DNA from: Chloroflexota bacterium
GTDB lineage: Bacteria > Chloroflexota > Limnocylindria > Limnocylindrales > CSP1-4
Assembly (NCBI GenBank): GCA_021802585.1
Contig: JAJZRQ010000003.1
Span: 2,048-66,047 of the forward strand
Reading direction: 5' to 3'
Length of the DNA: 64,000 nucleotides
In this document: positions 54,090-63,665 of the stretch, piece after piece
How the letters are laid out: each line of letters opens with the position of its first letter
Position numbering within the stretch: position 1 is the stretch's first letter
Made by a program: the position numbers and the translations under genes
The notes under the pieces: model-generated
The model's input: the letters and a program-made list of their open reading frames with translations, nothing else
The model's database searches: none
Told to the model about the DNA's origin: nothing

Positions 54090-54278
54090 ATGACCGAGAC
54101 CATCCCAGCGATCACCGACCCCGTCTGTGGGATGGCGGTCGATCCGTTCGACGCCGCGAAGGTGGAGGTCGACGGCCGGATCTACTTCTTCTGCGATCCC
54201 TCCTGCGCGGACATCTTCCGCGACGAGCCGGCGCGCTGGACCGAGGACGGCTCCGGCGCTTTCGTGCACGAGCACTGA
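54090..54278 (+). CDS. YHS/TRASH-domain small metal-binding protein
   Basis: ITDPVCGMAVDPFDAAKVEVDGRIYFFCDPSCADIFRDEP. The ATG is preceded by GAAAGGAAC. Confidence 0.75.
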   Translation: MTETIPAITDPVCGMAVDPFDAAKVEVDGRIYFFCDPSCADIFRDEPARWTEDGSGAFVHEH

Positions 54279-54323
54279 CCCGAGACAGGCTCGGACGTTC
54301 GTCCGGCGGAGGGCTCGCGGTCA

Positions 54324-54355
54324 GGGTCGGGCGGACGACGACGCCCGCCCGACCC
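54324..54355 (+). terminator. GC hairpin downstream of the YHS gene
   Basis: gggtcgggcgg-acgacgacgc-ccgcccgaccc is an 11-bp stem. No clear U-tract follows. Confidence 0.4.
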
Positions 54356-54482
54356 TCGGGAAGCGATCTGCTACGGTAGTGTCGTACTGGTTCCGCGTCC
54401 CTCTGGAGCCATCGCGCGCGGCACGACGCACGCGTTCGGCGCGGTCACGCGGCGCGGGCGAAGGAAGGAGGGCCAGCAACGG

Positions 54483-55658
54483 GTGGGACGGCACAGGACA
54501 TCGGGCTCGCGTCGCGGCGCCGGGAACCCAGCCGCGCGACAGCGCGCCCAGGGGGCGACGGTGGCAGCGCGCCCAGCCTGGGGGCAGGTCTCCTCCCCCG
54601 GGGCGTCCGCCGTCGAGGCGGCCGAGCCCCAGGCACTCGTCGTAAGCCACTGGTTCGACTCGGGAGACGAGGGCGAGCCATACACCGCCACGATCCGGCT
54701 CCACGGCCGCCGCGTCGGCGCGGACGGCGCCCCGGTCCGGGGGCAGACCTTCGTCCACGAGGAGAGTGTCCAGGGCGTCGTCCCCGGCACCGGCCGCGTC
54801 TCGCTCACGAGCTGGGTCTATGGGATCGCCAAAGGCGAGTGGATCGTCAACGCGGAGCTCGCAGCGCCCGCACGGCGGAGCGGCGGGCAGCTCGGTGCCG
54901 AACGGGGCCGCCGGGAATCCGCCGTGACCTCGGCCGCGTGGTCGTGGCGCCACTGGCGTCTCACGGATGGATCGTCCGGGCCCGTGGCCACGCGCTGGGC
55001 GCTCCTGGCGCCCCTCGCGCGCTCCCCCGGGGTCCTGCCCGGCGCGTTCACCGCCCTCGCCGTCGTTGGCATCATCCTGGCCATCGTCACGCAGGCGGTC
55101 ATCCTCGGGGGGCGTGGCCTGCCGGTCGCCAGCGGCGTCGTCGCGAGCATCGTCGCGCTCTCGGGCGGCCTCATCGGCGCCAAGCTGTGGTACATGGCGA
55201 TCAAGGGTCAACCCTGGCGCCAGGCGATCGGCCAGGGCTGGTCCGTGGACGGGTTCATCGTGCTCGCTCCCCTCGTCGCCGTCGTCACGTCGCTCGGGAT
55301 GGGCGTTCCGACCGGCGCCTACCTCGACGCGGCGGCGCCCGGGATCTTCCTCGCCGTCGCGATCGGTCGGGTGGGCTGTTTCGTGACGGGCTGCTGCGCG
55401 GGACGGTGCACAGCGTCGCGCTGGAGCGTGTGGTCCTCGGATCGGCGGGTGGGAGCGAGGCGGATCCCGACCCAGCTCCTCGAATCGGGAGTCGGCCTGG
55501 TCCTGGCCATCGTCACCGGTGTCGCGATCATGAACCCGGTGCCGGGCGCGGACGGGATGGTCTTCGTGGCCTCGATGGTCCTGTACGGCGTGGCCCGGCA
55601 GGGGCTGCTGCGTCTGCGCGCCGAGACCCGGCGGTTCTCGTGGCGACGCGCCGGCTGA
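54483..55658 (+). CDS. lgt: Lgt-family (prolipoprotein diacylglyceryl transferase-like) membrane protein with N-terminal extra domain
   Basis: IGRVGCFVTGCCAGR and RIPTQLLESG correspond to the Lgt GRiGNFiNgElwGr and hPsQLYE motifs. The N-terminal ~170 aa are soluble-looking, and the start codon is uncertain. Confidence 0.6.
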   Translation: MGRHRTSGSRRGAGNPAARQRAQGATVAARPAWGQVSSPGASAVEAAEPQALVVSHWFDSGDEGEPYTATIRLHGRRVGADGAPVRGQTFVHEESVQGVVPGTGRVSLTSWVYGIAKGEWIVNAELAAPARRSGGQLGAERGRRESAVTSAAWSWRHWRLTDGSSGPVATRWALLAPLARSPGVLPGAFTALAVVGIILAIVTQAVILGGRGLPVASGVVASIVALSGGLIGAKLWYMAIKGQPWRQAIGQGWSVDGFIVLAPLVAVVTSLGMGVPTGAYLDAAAPGIFLAVAIGRVGCFVTGCCAGRCTASRWSVWSSDRRVGARRIPTQLLESGVGLVLAIVTGVAIMNPVPGADGMVFVASMVLYGVARQGLLRLRAETRRFSWRRAG

Positions 55659-56323
55659 CGTTGGCGGGGGCCGCGGGAGCCGCGGGCGGCGGCATCGTCG
55701 CCGTCGCAACCATGCTCACGATCGCCGGGGCCGTCGTGCTCCTGTTCTTCAACCCGGCGTGGGTCGACGTCGCCCAGCGCCGTGCGAGCGTCGACCGGAT
55801 CACCGGGTACCCGATGAGCGAGGTGCGGCGCGTCACCGACGCGATGATCGGCGAGATCTACCTCGGCCCGGGAACGTTCGAGATGGCGGTCGACGGCGTG
55901 CCCGTCCTGACGCAGCGCGAGCGGACGCACATGGGCGACGTGCGGGTGGTCGTCCTCCGGTTCCTCCTCGTCGCCGGCGCGGGCGCCGCCGCCCTCGCGG
56001 GCGTTGCCGCCGTCGGACGGCGCCGCCCGTGGTTCTGGCGGGGCATGGCCGCGGGGGCCGGAACGATTGTCGCCGTGGGTCTCGTCGCCGGGGCCGGCCT
56101 CATCGTCGCCTTCGACGCCACGTTCACCTTCTTCCACCTGCTCTTCTTCCAGCCGGGCTCCTTCGTCTTCGACCCCCGGATCGAACGGCTCGTCCAGCTC
56201 TTCCCGGAGCAGCTGTGGGTCGAGTCGTTCATCGCGGTGGCCATCACCGGCTTCGTCGTGGCGCTCGCCGTCCTGGTCGTCGCGCTCGCGCGCCTGCGCC
56301 GGTTCGCCGCCGCTCGCAGCTGA
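55640..56323 (+). CDS. DUF1461/TIGR01906-like integral membrane protein (Lit, lipoprotein intramolecular transacylase-like)
   Basis: Four TM helices. The extracytoplasmic loop contains LTQRERTHMGDVRVV, matching my recollection of the f..rE..HM.DVk motif. The C-terminal FFHLLFFQPGSFVFDP...LFPEQLW is also as I recall for this family. It overlaps the Lgt-like gene's end. Confidence 0.55.
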   Translation: MATRRLTLAGAAGAAGGGIVAVATMLTIAGAVVLLFFNPAWVDVAQRRASVDRITGYPMSEVRRVTDAMIGEIYLGPGTFEMAVDGVPVLTQRERTHMGDVRVVVLRFLLVAGAGAAALAGVAAVGRRRPWFWRGMAAGAGTIVAVGLVAGAGLIVAFDATFTFFHLLFFQPGSFVFDPRIERLVQLFPEQLWVESFIAVAITGFVVALAVLVVALARLRRFAAARS

Positions 56324-56617
56324 CCGAGGGATCCGCGCCGGTCGGCTGGTGCGGCCGCCCGGGAACGAGCGTTCGGCCCGCCCGGGCGGCACGGGTCCGG
56401 GTGGGCACGAGGCTCAGTGGCCCGCGTGGCCGCCGTGGCTCCTCACTTGGGGGTGGTACTGGTCCCTCCGGTGAGCCGGCGGCCGGGGCCGACGTGCGGA
56501 GTCATCGGGCGCGCTCGCGGGCCCGGGGCGCGGGCCGGCTCGCTCGCGCCCGGCGGCCAGCACTCACCGGCGGCAGGCGAATGGCCGCCCGGCGGCGGTC
56601 CTGCGGAATGCGGGGGG

Positions 56618-59101
56618 TCAGGGTCGGGCGGCGCCATAGCGACGGATCCCCTCGAGCTTCGTCCGCTTCAGGAGGAGGGCATTGACGGCGACGAGGAACG
56701 AGCTGCCGGCCATGCTGATCGCCGCGATCTCCGGCCGGAGGAGGAGGCCGAGCGACGGGTAGAGGATCCCGGCCGCTATGGGGAAGGCGACCGTGTTGTA
56801 CCCGACCGCCCAGACCAGGTTCTGGCGCATCTTGCGGACGGTGGCCCGGCTGAGGGCGATCGCGCCGAGGACGTCCACCGGGTCGCTCTTCATGAGGACG
56901 ACGTCGGCGGTTTCCACCGCCACGTCCGTCCCGGCGCCGATTGCGATCCCCACGTCCGCCTGGGCGAGCGCCGGGGCATCGTTGATGCCGTCCCCGACCA
57001 TGGCGACGAGCGTGCCGGTGCCCTGGAGCTCTTTCACCTTGTCGGCCTTCTGGCCGGGCAGGACCTCGGCGAAGACGGTGTCGAGGCCCAGCTCGGCCGC
57101 AATCCGATCCGCGGTCGCCCGGTTGTCGCCGGTGAGCATCGCGACCCTCACACCCAGGTTGTGGAGCCGCTCGATCGTCTCTCTCGCTGTTGGGCGGACG
57201 GCGTCCGCGATCGCGATCAGGCCGCCCGGCTCGCCGTCGACGGCGATCCGGATGACCGTGCGGCCGGCCCCCTCGAGCTCCTCGGCCCGAGCGCTCAGGC
57301 CGTCGAACGCGATGCCGCGGTCGCCCATGAGCTTTGCGTTCCCGACGAGGACGGTCCGCCCGTCGACCGTCGCCTCGAGCCCGTGGCCGGGGACGGCGTT
57401 GAAGCCGGTGGCATCGACGAGGGCGAGCCCGCGCTCCTTCGCGGCGTCGACGACGGCGGCCGCGAGCGGGTGCTCGCTCGAGCCCTCGGCCGAGGCGGCC
57501 AGCCGCAGCAGCTCGTCCTTGCTCACCGGATTGCCGGTGCCGACGAGGTCCACGACGCGTGGCTGGCCGACCGTGAGGGTGCCGGTCTTGTCGAAGATGA
57601 CCACTCCGACCTTCGACGCCTGCTCCAGGGCGGTCGCGTTCTTGAAGAGGATCCCGTTGAGCGCGCCGAGGCCGGTGCCGACCATGATCGCCGTCGGCGT
57701 GGCGAGGCCGAGGGCATCCGGGCAGGCGATGATGACGACGGTGATCGCCAGCGTCAGCGCGAAGACGAAGGTCGCGCCACCGATCCAGTACCAGCCGGCG
57801 AACGTGAGCAGGCCGAACACGACAGCGGCGGCCACGAGCCACTGGGCCGCGCGGTCGGCAAGCCGCTGGGCCGGCGCCTTCGAGTTCTGGGCGAGCTGGA
57901 CGAGGCGGACGATCTGGGCGAGCGCGGTGTCGGCGCCGACCTTCGTGGCGCGGAACCGGAACGTACCGGTCTTGTTGATCGTCGCGCCGATGACCGCCGA
58001 GCCGACCGCCTTCTCGAGCGGGACGCTCTCGCCGGTGATCATCGACTCGTCGACGGCGGAGCTCCCGTCGACCACGACGCCGTCGACCGGGATCTTGTCG
58101 CCGGGGCGGATGAGGACGACATCCCCGATGACGACATCGGATGTGGGGATCTCCAGGGGTTCGCCGGCGCGGATGACCGTCGCCTTCGGCGGCGCGAGGT
58201 CGAGAAGGGCGCGGATGGCGTCGGATGCGCCGGCGCGGGCCCGCATCTCGAGCCAGTGACCGAAGAGAACGAAGGCGAGGAGGACGACGGAGGCCTCGTA
58301 GAAGACCTCACCCCGGAAGATGAACGTGGCCGCGACGCTGAAGAGGTACCCCGAGCCCACGGAGAGGGCGACGAGGACACTCATGTCCAGGGTCCGGTTC
58401 CGCAGGGCGCGCCACGCCCCGACGAAGAAGATCTGGCCGCTCCACAGCACCGCGGGCGTCGCCAGGATGAACAGGAGGAGGTTCGGGTCGAGCCCGAATG
58501 GCGTCGCGAGGCGGAGGCCGAACACCTCCGTGGCGAGCGGGGAGTACAGGAAGACGGGGATGGCGAGGACGAGGGCGACGAGGAAGCGGTTCCGCATGTC
58601 GCGGACCATCGCGTCCATGCTCATGCCGGCGCCGTGGCCCATCGCGTGGGCCATCTGGGCCATCTCGCCGACCGCGGCGGGGGCGGCCGCGGCGCGCGGC
58701 ATGGCGTGGCCGGCGTGCTCCGCCGGGGTGGGTGCCGGGGCGACGGACGGCATGGCGTGGCCGGCGTGCTCCGCCGGGGTGGGTGCCGGGGCGACGGACG
58801 GCATGGCGTGGCCGGCGTGCTCCGCCGGGGCGACCGCGACGCCGCCAAGCGTGGCCGGGCGGCCGCCCGACATCACGTGACCTGGCGCCACCTCGCCGCC
58901 GCATGTGCAGCCGAAGCTCTCGATGAGGCCACGGATCCGCTCCGGGTCGAGCCTCGTCTCGTCGTAGCGGACGGTCACGGTCTGCGAGACGGGGTTGACC
59001 TCGGCGTCGGTGACGCCGGCCTGGCGGCGCAGGTACCCCTCGAGCGAGGCTCCCGTGCTCGCGCGCAGCAGCCCTGCGGCTTCGAAGATGCCAGTCGTCA
59101 C
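56618..59101 (-). CDS. P1B-type heavy-metal ATPase (CopB-like) with non-canonical CPD transmembrane motif
   Basis: [19 protein letters not shown] and MLTGDN are present. TM6 reads [13 protein letters not shown]; I checked the DNA, and the reverse complement of ggcatccgggcaggc gives GCC TGC CCG GAT GCC. The N-terminus has a CxxC-less HMA-like fold plus His/Met-rich repeats. The GTG at 59101 is preceded by GGGAGGA. Confidence 0.85.
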   Translation of the reverse strand: MTTGIFEAAGLLRASTGASLEGYLRRQAGVTDAEVNPVSQTVTVRYDETRLDPERIRGLIESFGCTCGGEVAPGHVMSGGRPATLGGVAVAPAEHAGHAMPSVAPAPTPAEHAGHAMPSVAPAPTPAEHAGHAMPRAAAAPAAVGEMAQMAHAMGHGAGMSMDAMVRDMRNRFLVALVLAIPVFLYSPLATEVFGLRLATPFGLDPNLLLFILATPAVLWSGQIFFVGAWRALRNRTLDMSVLVALSVGSGYLFSVAATFIFRGEVFYEASVVLLAFVLFGHWLEMRARAGASDAIRALLDLAPPKATVIRAGEPLEIPTSDVVIGDVVLIRPGDKIPVDGVVVDGSSAVDESMITGESVPLEKAVGSAVIGATINKTGTFRFRATKVGADTALAQIVRLVQLAQNSKAPAQRLADRAAQWLVAAAVVFGLLTFAGWYWIGGATFVFALTLAITVVIIACPDALGLATPTAIMVGTGLGALNGILFKNATALEQASKVGVVIFDKTGTLTVGQPRVVDLVGTGNPVSKDELLRLAASAEGSSEHPLAAAVVDAAKERGLALVDATGFNAVPGHGLEATVDGRTVLVGNAKLMGDRGIAFDGLSARAEELEGAGRTVIRIAVDGEPGGLIAIADAVRPTARETIERLHNLGVRVAMLTGDNRATADRIAAELGLDTVFAEVLPGQKADKVKELQGTGTLVAMVGDGINDAPALAQADVGIAIGAGTDVAVETADVVLMKSDPVDVLGAIALSRATVRKMRQNLVWAVGYNTVAFPIAAGILYPSLGLLLRPEIAAISMAGSSFLVAVNALLLKRTKLEGIRRYGAARP
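58698..58830. repeat. 51-bp in-frame tandem repeat (2 full copies plus a partial third) in the ATPase N-terminus
   Basis: ggcatggcgtggccggcgtgctccgccggggtgggtgccggggcgacggac occurs at 58698 and 58749, with a partial copy at 58800. On the coding strand it encodes [17 protein letters not shown]. Confidence 0.85.
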
Positions 59102-59710
59102 AGGTTCCTCCCCTGTCCGGCCACCCGGGGCTCGCCGGCGATGGAGCGACCCGAGCGCGCCGGCCCGTCCGGCGCGGCCACCCGGTACCGGTTTCGTCCC
59201 ACGCTGCAGCGGGCGACCGAAGCGCTCGTGAGAGCCAGATGAGAATCGCCGCGCCCGTCGTCCTGATGATGCCGGCCATCCGTCTTGATACCGAGCGCTC
59301 ACCATAGTCTCAGGCCCGGGCGCGAGCCTCGCAACCGCCCGCTGAGCCAGGGTGGAGCAGGCCGGCGAAGGCTCGGCCGGTGAGAACCCGCGCATCCCGT
59401 CCGCGTGACGCGTCGGTCGCTTCGCCCGGCGACCCGGCCGCGCCGCCCGGTCCGCTCCCCGACCGGGGGTGGGCGACGGGCCGGCGCACGCGGGCGGCCC
59501 GCCACCCCGGGCCGCCCGCTGCCTCACCTGCCGTCCGCCGAGGGTGCCAGCCCGGCGTAAGCACCTCCACCGTCCGGCTCCGGCCCCGGATCCTCAGGAT
59601 TCGCACAGACGACATTCACGTGGCTCTCAGGCGCGGGGCCTGAACTGCACGGTGGCACAGGTCGGCGTCCGGGGCCGCGCACGGAACGAGACGATGAGAA
59701 GGAGGCTGGG

Positions 59711-60799
59711 ATGGCAGCCGCAGCGCCCGCGGTCGAGACGGGGCGAAGAGGCATCTGGGCGGCGATCGACGAACGGCTCGGTCTCAGCGGCCTCGCCTAC
59801 CCGGTGCCGGCCCACGCGAACGGGATCGGGTACATCCTCGGGGGGATCACCGCCTTCGGATTCGCGGTCCTGGCCCTGACGGGTGTCTGGCTCGCCCAGT
59901 TCTACCACCCCACCCCGGGGACCGCGCGCGAGAGCGTCGTCTACATCATGAACGTGGCCCCGCTCGGCGACGTGGTCCGGGGGATCCACTTCTGGGTGGC
60001 CAACATCGTCATGGCCACCGTCCTGCTGCACCTGGGCCGGGTGTTCGTGACGGGCGCGTACAAGCGTCCCCGCGAGGCGAACTGGCTGATCGGCCTCGGC
60101 CTCCTCGCCGTGACGCTCGGCCTCATCTTCACGGGCACGGTCCTCAAGTGGGACCAGGAGGGCTACGAGGCCCTTGGCCACAACACCGAGATGGGCGGTC
60201 TCCTCGGGGCGATCGGCTTCTGGTTCGCCTCCGACTTCACGGCCAGCCTGCCGATCCTCGGGCGGCTCTACATGGCCCACGTCGTCATCCTGCCGGCGAT
60301 CGGGATGCTGCTGCTCATCGCGCACTTCCTGCTCGTGAAGCGACATGGGATCTCGTCGCGCCCGGCCGATCACGACGCCGCCGTGAACGGGGCGCCGGAG
60401 CCGTCCCGCCGCGGGTCCACGTTCGCCGCCCACCTTGTCCGGATGACCGGGTTGGGGCTCCTGCTCCTCGCCGCGGCAGCCGTGCTCTCCATCGTGTCGC
60501 CGGCGCCACTCGGCGACCGTCCGATCCCGGGCACGGAGACGACGAAGCCGCCCTGGATGTTCCTCCCGTTCTATCCGTTCGAGGACTGGTTCGGCTTGCC
60601 CGCCCTCCTCGTGGTTCCGGGAGTCCTCTTCGCGGCACTGGCCGCCGTGCCGTTCCTCGACCGAAGCCGCTACCGCGCGCCGTCGCGGCGGCGCCTGTTC
60701 ATCGCCGCGGGCGCCACGGTCGCCATCGCCGCCGTGCTGCTCGTCGCGTACGCGGCGGTGACGGTGCCCCAGACCCACATCGGAGGGGCCGTGCGGTGA
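59711..60799 (+). CDS. Cytochrome b (bc/b6-type, di-heme)
   Basis: His pairs have the canonical spacing: GIHFWVANIVMATVLLH (H-x13-H) and AHVVILPAIGMLLLIAH (H-x14-H). Also WLIGLGLL..TG..L.WDQ. 362 aa. Confidence 0.85.
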   Translation: MAAAAPAVETGRRGIWAAIDERLGLSGLAYPVPAHANGIGYILGGITAFGFAVLALTGVWLAQFYHPTPGTARESVVYIMNVAPLGDVVRGIHFWVANIVMATVLLHLGRVFVTGAYKRPREANWLIGLGLLAVTLGLIFTGTVLKWDQEGYEALGHNTEMGGLLGAIGFWFASDFTASLPILGRLYMAHVVILPAIGMLLLIAHFLLVKRHGISSRPADHDAAVNGAPEPSRRGSTFAAHLVRMTGLGLLLLAAAAVLSIVSPAPLGDRPIPGTETTKPPWMFLPFYPFEDWFGLPALLVVPGVLFAALAAVPFLDRSRYRAPSRRRLFIAAGATVAIAAVLLVAYAAVTVPQTHIGGAVR

Positions 60800-61002
60800 G
60801 GCAGACGTTCGTCCGACTTGCCCTGCTGGTCGTGGGCCTGGCCGCCGTCGAGATCGGCCTCGGCGATGCGATCACCGGCCGGTCGTGGGCCGGCTGGGTC
60901 ATCGTGGCCGCAGGCATCGCCGTCCTCGTCGCGGGGACGGCGGGCTTCATGGTGCCGCTGCTCGCGGCCCACTCGAGGAAGGATGGGACCCGCGATGCGT
61001 AG
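60796..61002 (+). CDS. Small two-TM membrane protein
   Basis: FVRLALLVVGLAAVEIGLG...WAGWVIVAAGIAVLVAGTAGFMV. The GTG overlaps the cytochrome b stop (GTGA). Confidence 0.45.
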   Translation: MRQTFVRLALLVVGLAAVEIGLGDAITGRSWAGWVIVAAGIAVLVAGTAGFMVPLLAAHSRKDGTRDA

Positions 61003-61525
61003 GCAGTTGACCCTCGCGGCATCGGCAAGCGTCGCCCTTCTCGGCCTCGCCCTCGTCGGCGCAGGACCGGCGCTCGCCCACGGAGGCGCCGGAGGTGAGA
61101 GCCTCCAGGTCGAGCCCACGACCGTCGACGCCGGGGGCACCGTCGTCCTCGCGGGCAGCGGCCTCGAGCCGGACAATGAGCGCGTCCTCGTCCTCGCCGG
61201 ACAGAACCTCGTCGTCGAGTTCGGGACCGTCACGACCGATGCGGAAGGAATGTTCTCGAAGGAGCTCTCGATCCCCGGTCATCTCCCGGCCGGTACGTAC
61301 GAGCTGCGAGCGATCGGCGACGAGACACTGACCGTCCCGCTGGACCTCACGGCGGGAAGCGCCGGCGCTGTTCCCGCGGCTGGGGGCGGGACGCAGGAGA
61401 CGGTGACGCCGCGGCAGCGGACACCCGCCGAGCTGGCGATCTTCGCAGTGCTCATCGCGGGCCTGGCGACCGCCGGCGGCCTCCTGCTCGTCCGTGGTGA
61501 GCGGCTGGGGCTGGTGGCCGACTAG
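60995..61525 (+). CDS. Secreted, C-terminally anchored protein whose mature N-terminus is predicted to be His
   Basis: Signal peptide ...LALVGAGPALA|HGGAGGESLQVEP, a beta-rich domain (TVVLAGSGLEPD...AGTYELRAIGDETLTV), and a C-terminal TM helix ELAIFAVLIAGLATAGGLLLV. Confidence 0.6.
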   Translation: MRRQLTLAASASVALLGLALVGAGPALAHGGAGGESLQVEPTTVDAGGTVVLAGSGLEPDNERVLVLAGQNLVVEFGTVTTDAEGMFSKELSIPGHLPAGTYELRAIGDETLTVPLDLTAGSAGAVPAAGGGTQETVTPRQRTPAELAIFAVLIAGLATAGGLLLVRGERLGLVAD

Positions 61526-61582
61526 CACGGCGGCCTGCAGGACGAGCGGCCAGGCCCGGCAGCGGGGCGCCGCCCGCGGGCG

Positions 61583-62737
61583 ATGACGCCTGGCCGGTCC
61601 CATTCTCTGTCGACGTTGCGGCGATGGTTCGCGGTCGGGCCCGGCTGGCACGGGCCCGCCGCCGCTGCCGGGCTCCTGCTCGCCGCGTACGCCGCCTCGC
61701 ATCAGGCGGCAGCAGCGGGCGCCGCCTTCCTCGTGGCGATCGCGACCGGGTCGGTCGCTGCGAGCTCCAGCCTGCTCCTCTCGCGCATCGCCCGTGGCGT
61801 CGTGCTCCGTGCCGCCGGCAGCCACGAACCGGTCGTCCTGCTCGGGCGCTGGGACGGCGCCCCGGCCGATCCGCGAATCCGGCCACGCTGGCGGATCGCA
61901 TCGCTGGGTGTCGGCGCGGTCGTCTGCGCCGGCGCCGCACTCGCGGCCTTCCGCGTCGTCGAGAGCGCTGTCCCGACCTCTCCCCTCCACGCGGCGGCCG
62001 TCGCGGCGACGGCGGCGAACGTCGCGCTTCTCGTCGCGAGCGGCGCCCCGACACCCGGCCTCCCCGGGTGGGCCCTGGCCCTCGCACTCGTCGAGGCAGC
62101 CGGAGCCACGCCCGGCGAGCGGATCGAGCGGGCTGCGCGCTTCGCCCGGATCGTCGGCGCCCCGCTGCTCCTCGCGCTCGCGGCCGTGGCCGCCCTGGCC
62201 GCCACGCCGGTCCTCATCGTCACCGGCGTCGGCCTCGCCTACCTGACGTGGACCCGGAGCTCGATCGTGACAGCGGAGGACGCGATCGCCCGGTTTCTCG
62301 CCCCACGGCACGTCGATCACCTCGCCAGGCCGATCGCCCGCTCCGCGCACCCGGACGAGCGGGTCCTCGACGTCACCCCAGCGGCAGCGACCGGCCCCCA
62401 GAGCATCTCGATCGTCTCCGCCGGCGGAGGTCTCGTGGGGATCGTCGGCCCGCGGCAGCTCGTCGTGGCGTGCGAGTCAGGCGCGAACCGAAGGTGCGAC
62501 GAGGTGATGGTCCCGCTCCGCGACCTCACGCTCATTGGGCCGTCGTGGCCCGCCGTGACCGCCCTCCCCGAACTCGCCCGCCACGGGTTCGCCCTGACGC
62601 GCGACGGCCGGCGCGTCATCGAGACGGCCGACCTCGCATCGCAGCTCCGCGTCTGGGCGATCCTCGCCAGGCGCGGCCCGGCCCTGCTGGGCACCCGCGC
62701 GGCCATCGACGAGGAGGACGGGACGCACCGCGAGTAG
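61583..62737 (+). CDS. Membrane protein with C-terminal CBS-domain pair
   Basis: The N-terminal ~230 aa are hydrophobic helices. The C-terminal part has two CBS-like repeats (...SIVSAGGGLVGIVGPRQL... and ...FALTRDGRRVIETADLASQL). I saw no intact HExxH. Confidence 0.5.
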   Translation: MTPGRSHSLSTLRRWFAVGPGWHGPAAAAGLLLAAYAASHQAAAAGAAFLVAIATGSVAASSSLLLSRIARGVVLRAAGSHEPVVLLGRWDGAPADPRIRPRWRIASLGVGAVVCAGAALAAFRVVESAVPTSPLHAAAVAATAANVALLVASGAPTPGLPGWALALALVEAAGATPGERIERAARFARIVGAPLLLALAAVAALAATPVLIVTGVGLAYLTWTRSSIVTAEDAIARFLAPRHVDHLARPIARSAHPDERVLDVTPAAATGPQSISIVSAGGGLVGIVGPRQLVVACESGANRRCDEVMVPLRDLTLIGPSWPAVTALPELARHGFALTRDGRRVIETADLASQLRVWAILARRGPALLGTRAAIDEEDGTHRE

Positions 62738-62807
62738 CGAGGGCGCGGCTCGCGAGCCGGGGGCGACGTGGTCCGCAGGGCGGGAGGGCGAGGTCGTGCG
62801 CGGCGGC

Positions 62808-63665
62808 CTATACCGTGACGAGGATCGCGAACCCGAGGACGAGGACGACGACCGCGAGGACGAGCTTCGTCCCGCCCGCGTATCGCAGGTGCCACCGGTT
62901 CAGGACGCGGATGAGACCGGGCCGGCTGGCGAGGAGGAGCAGCGCCACGAGGGGCGTGATGTAGGCGAGGTTGTAGAGGGCGAGGCCACCCAGCCCGGCG
63001 GCGACGGTCCCGCTCGTGCCAAGGAGGGCGACGACCCCCAGGTAGACCGCGCCGCTGCAGGGCACCGTGCAGAGCCCGATGAGCACGCCGCCGCCGAACA
63101 GGGCGAGCGGCGAGCTCGTCCGCGCCCACGCGCGCATGCGGCCGTGGAGGGCGTGAGGGGCCTCGAGCTGCCAGGAGGCGTCCGGCAGGAGGACGTCGCG
63201 AATCATCCAGATCCCCATCCCCACGGCGATGAGCGCGGCGATCCGGCTCGGCAGGTGATTGCTCCCGAAGTCGGCGAGCGACGCCACGGTCGTCAGGAGA
63301 CCGAGGCCGAGCACGAAGTACGTCACGAGCACGCCGAGGACGAAGAAGATCCCAAGGCCGAGCACGGTCCGGCTGGCGGCCCTCGCGCCGGCGAGGTCGG
63401 GAGTGGCCGACGACCGCACGGACTCGCGCGCGGCGAGCCCGAGGGCGAACGTCGCGAAGAGGATGAGGACGCCGAACGCGCAGGGGTTGAAGCCGTCGAG
63501 GATCCCGGCCGCGACGATCGCCGGAGCGCTGAGGTCGACCAGCGTCCGATGGTCGCCCATCGCCGGCGCGGCGCCGGCGACCGCGGCGACCGCGGCCGCC
63601 GCGACGACCCCGGCGACGACGAGGAACAGTCGGGGATGCGCGACCCGGCCGCTCGGAGCCTGCAT
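62808..63665 (-). CDS. CcdA/DsbD-like transmembrane protein (paralog of 28147-29034)
   Basis: It conserves GFNPCAFGVLILFATF and GLCTVPCSGAVYLGVVALL, and is colinear with the other copy. Confidence 0.7.
   Translation of the reverse strand: MQAPSGRVAHPRLFLVVAGVVAAAAVAAVAGAAPAMGDHRTLVDLSAPAIVAAGILDGFNPCAFGVLILFATFALGLAARESVRSSATPDLAGARAASRTVLGLGIFFVLGVLVTYFVLGLGLLTTVASLADFGSNHLPSRIAALIAVGMGIWMIRDVLLPDASWQLEAPHALHGRMRAWARTSSPLALFGGGVLIGLCTVPCSGAVYLGVVALLGTSGTVAAGLGGLALYNLAYITPLVALLLLASRPGLIRVLNRWHLRYAGGTKLVLAVVVLVLGFAILVTV

Noticed and set aside
59102-59710. Promoter hexamers or a small ORF in the 600-bp divergent region between the ATPase and cytochrome b
   Set aside because: A TTGATA...CATAGT pair exists near 59285-59310, but the spacing is too short (about 12-14 nt). 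The ORFs in this gap are Arg/Pro-rich, so nothing is supportable without transcript data.
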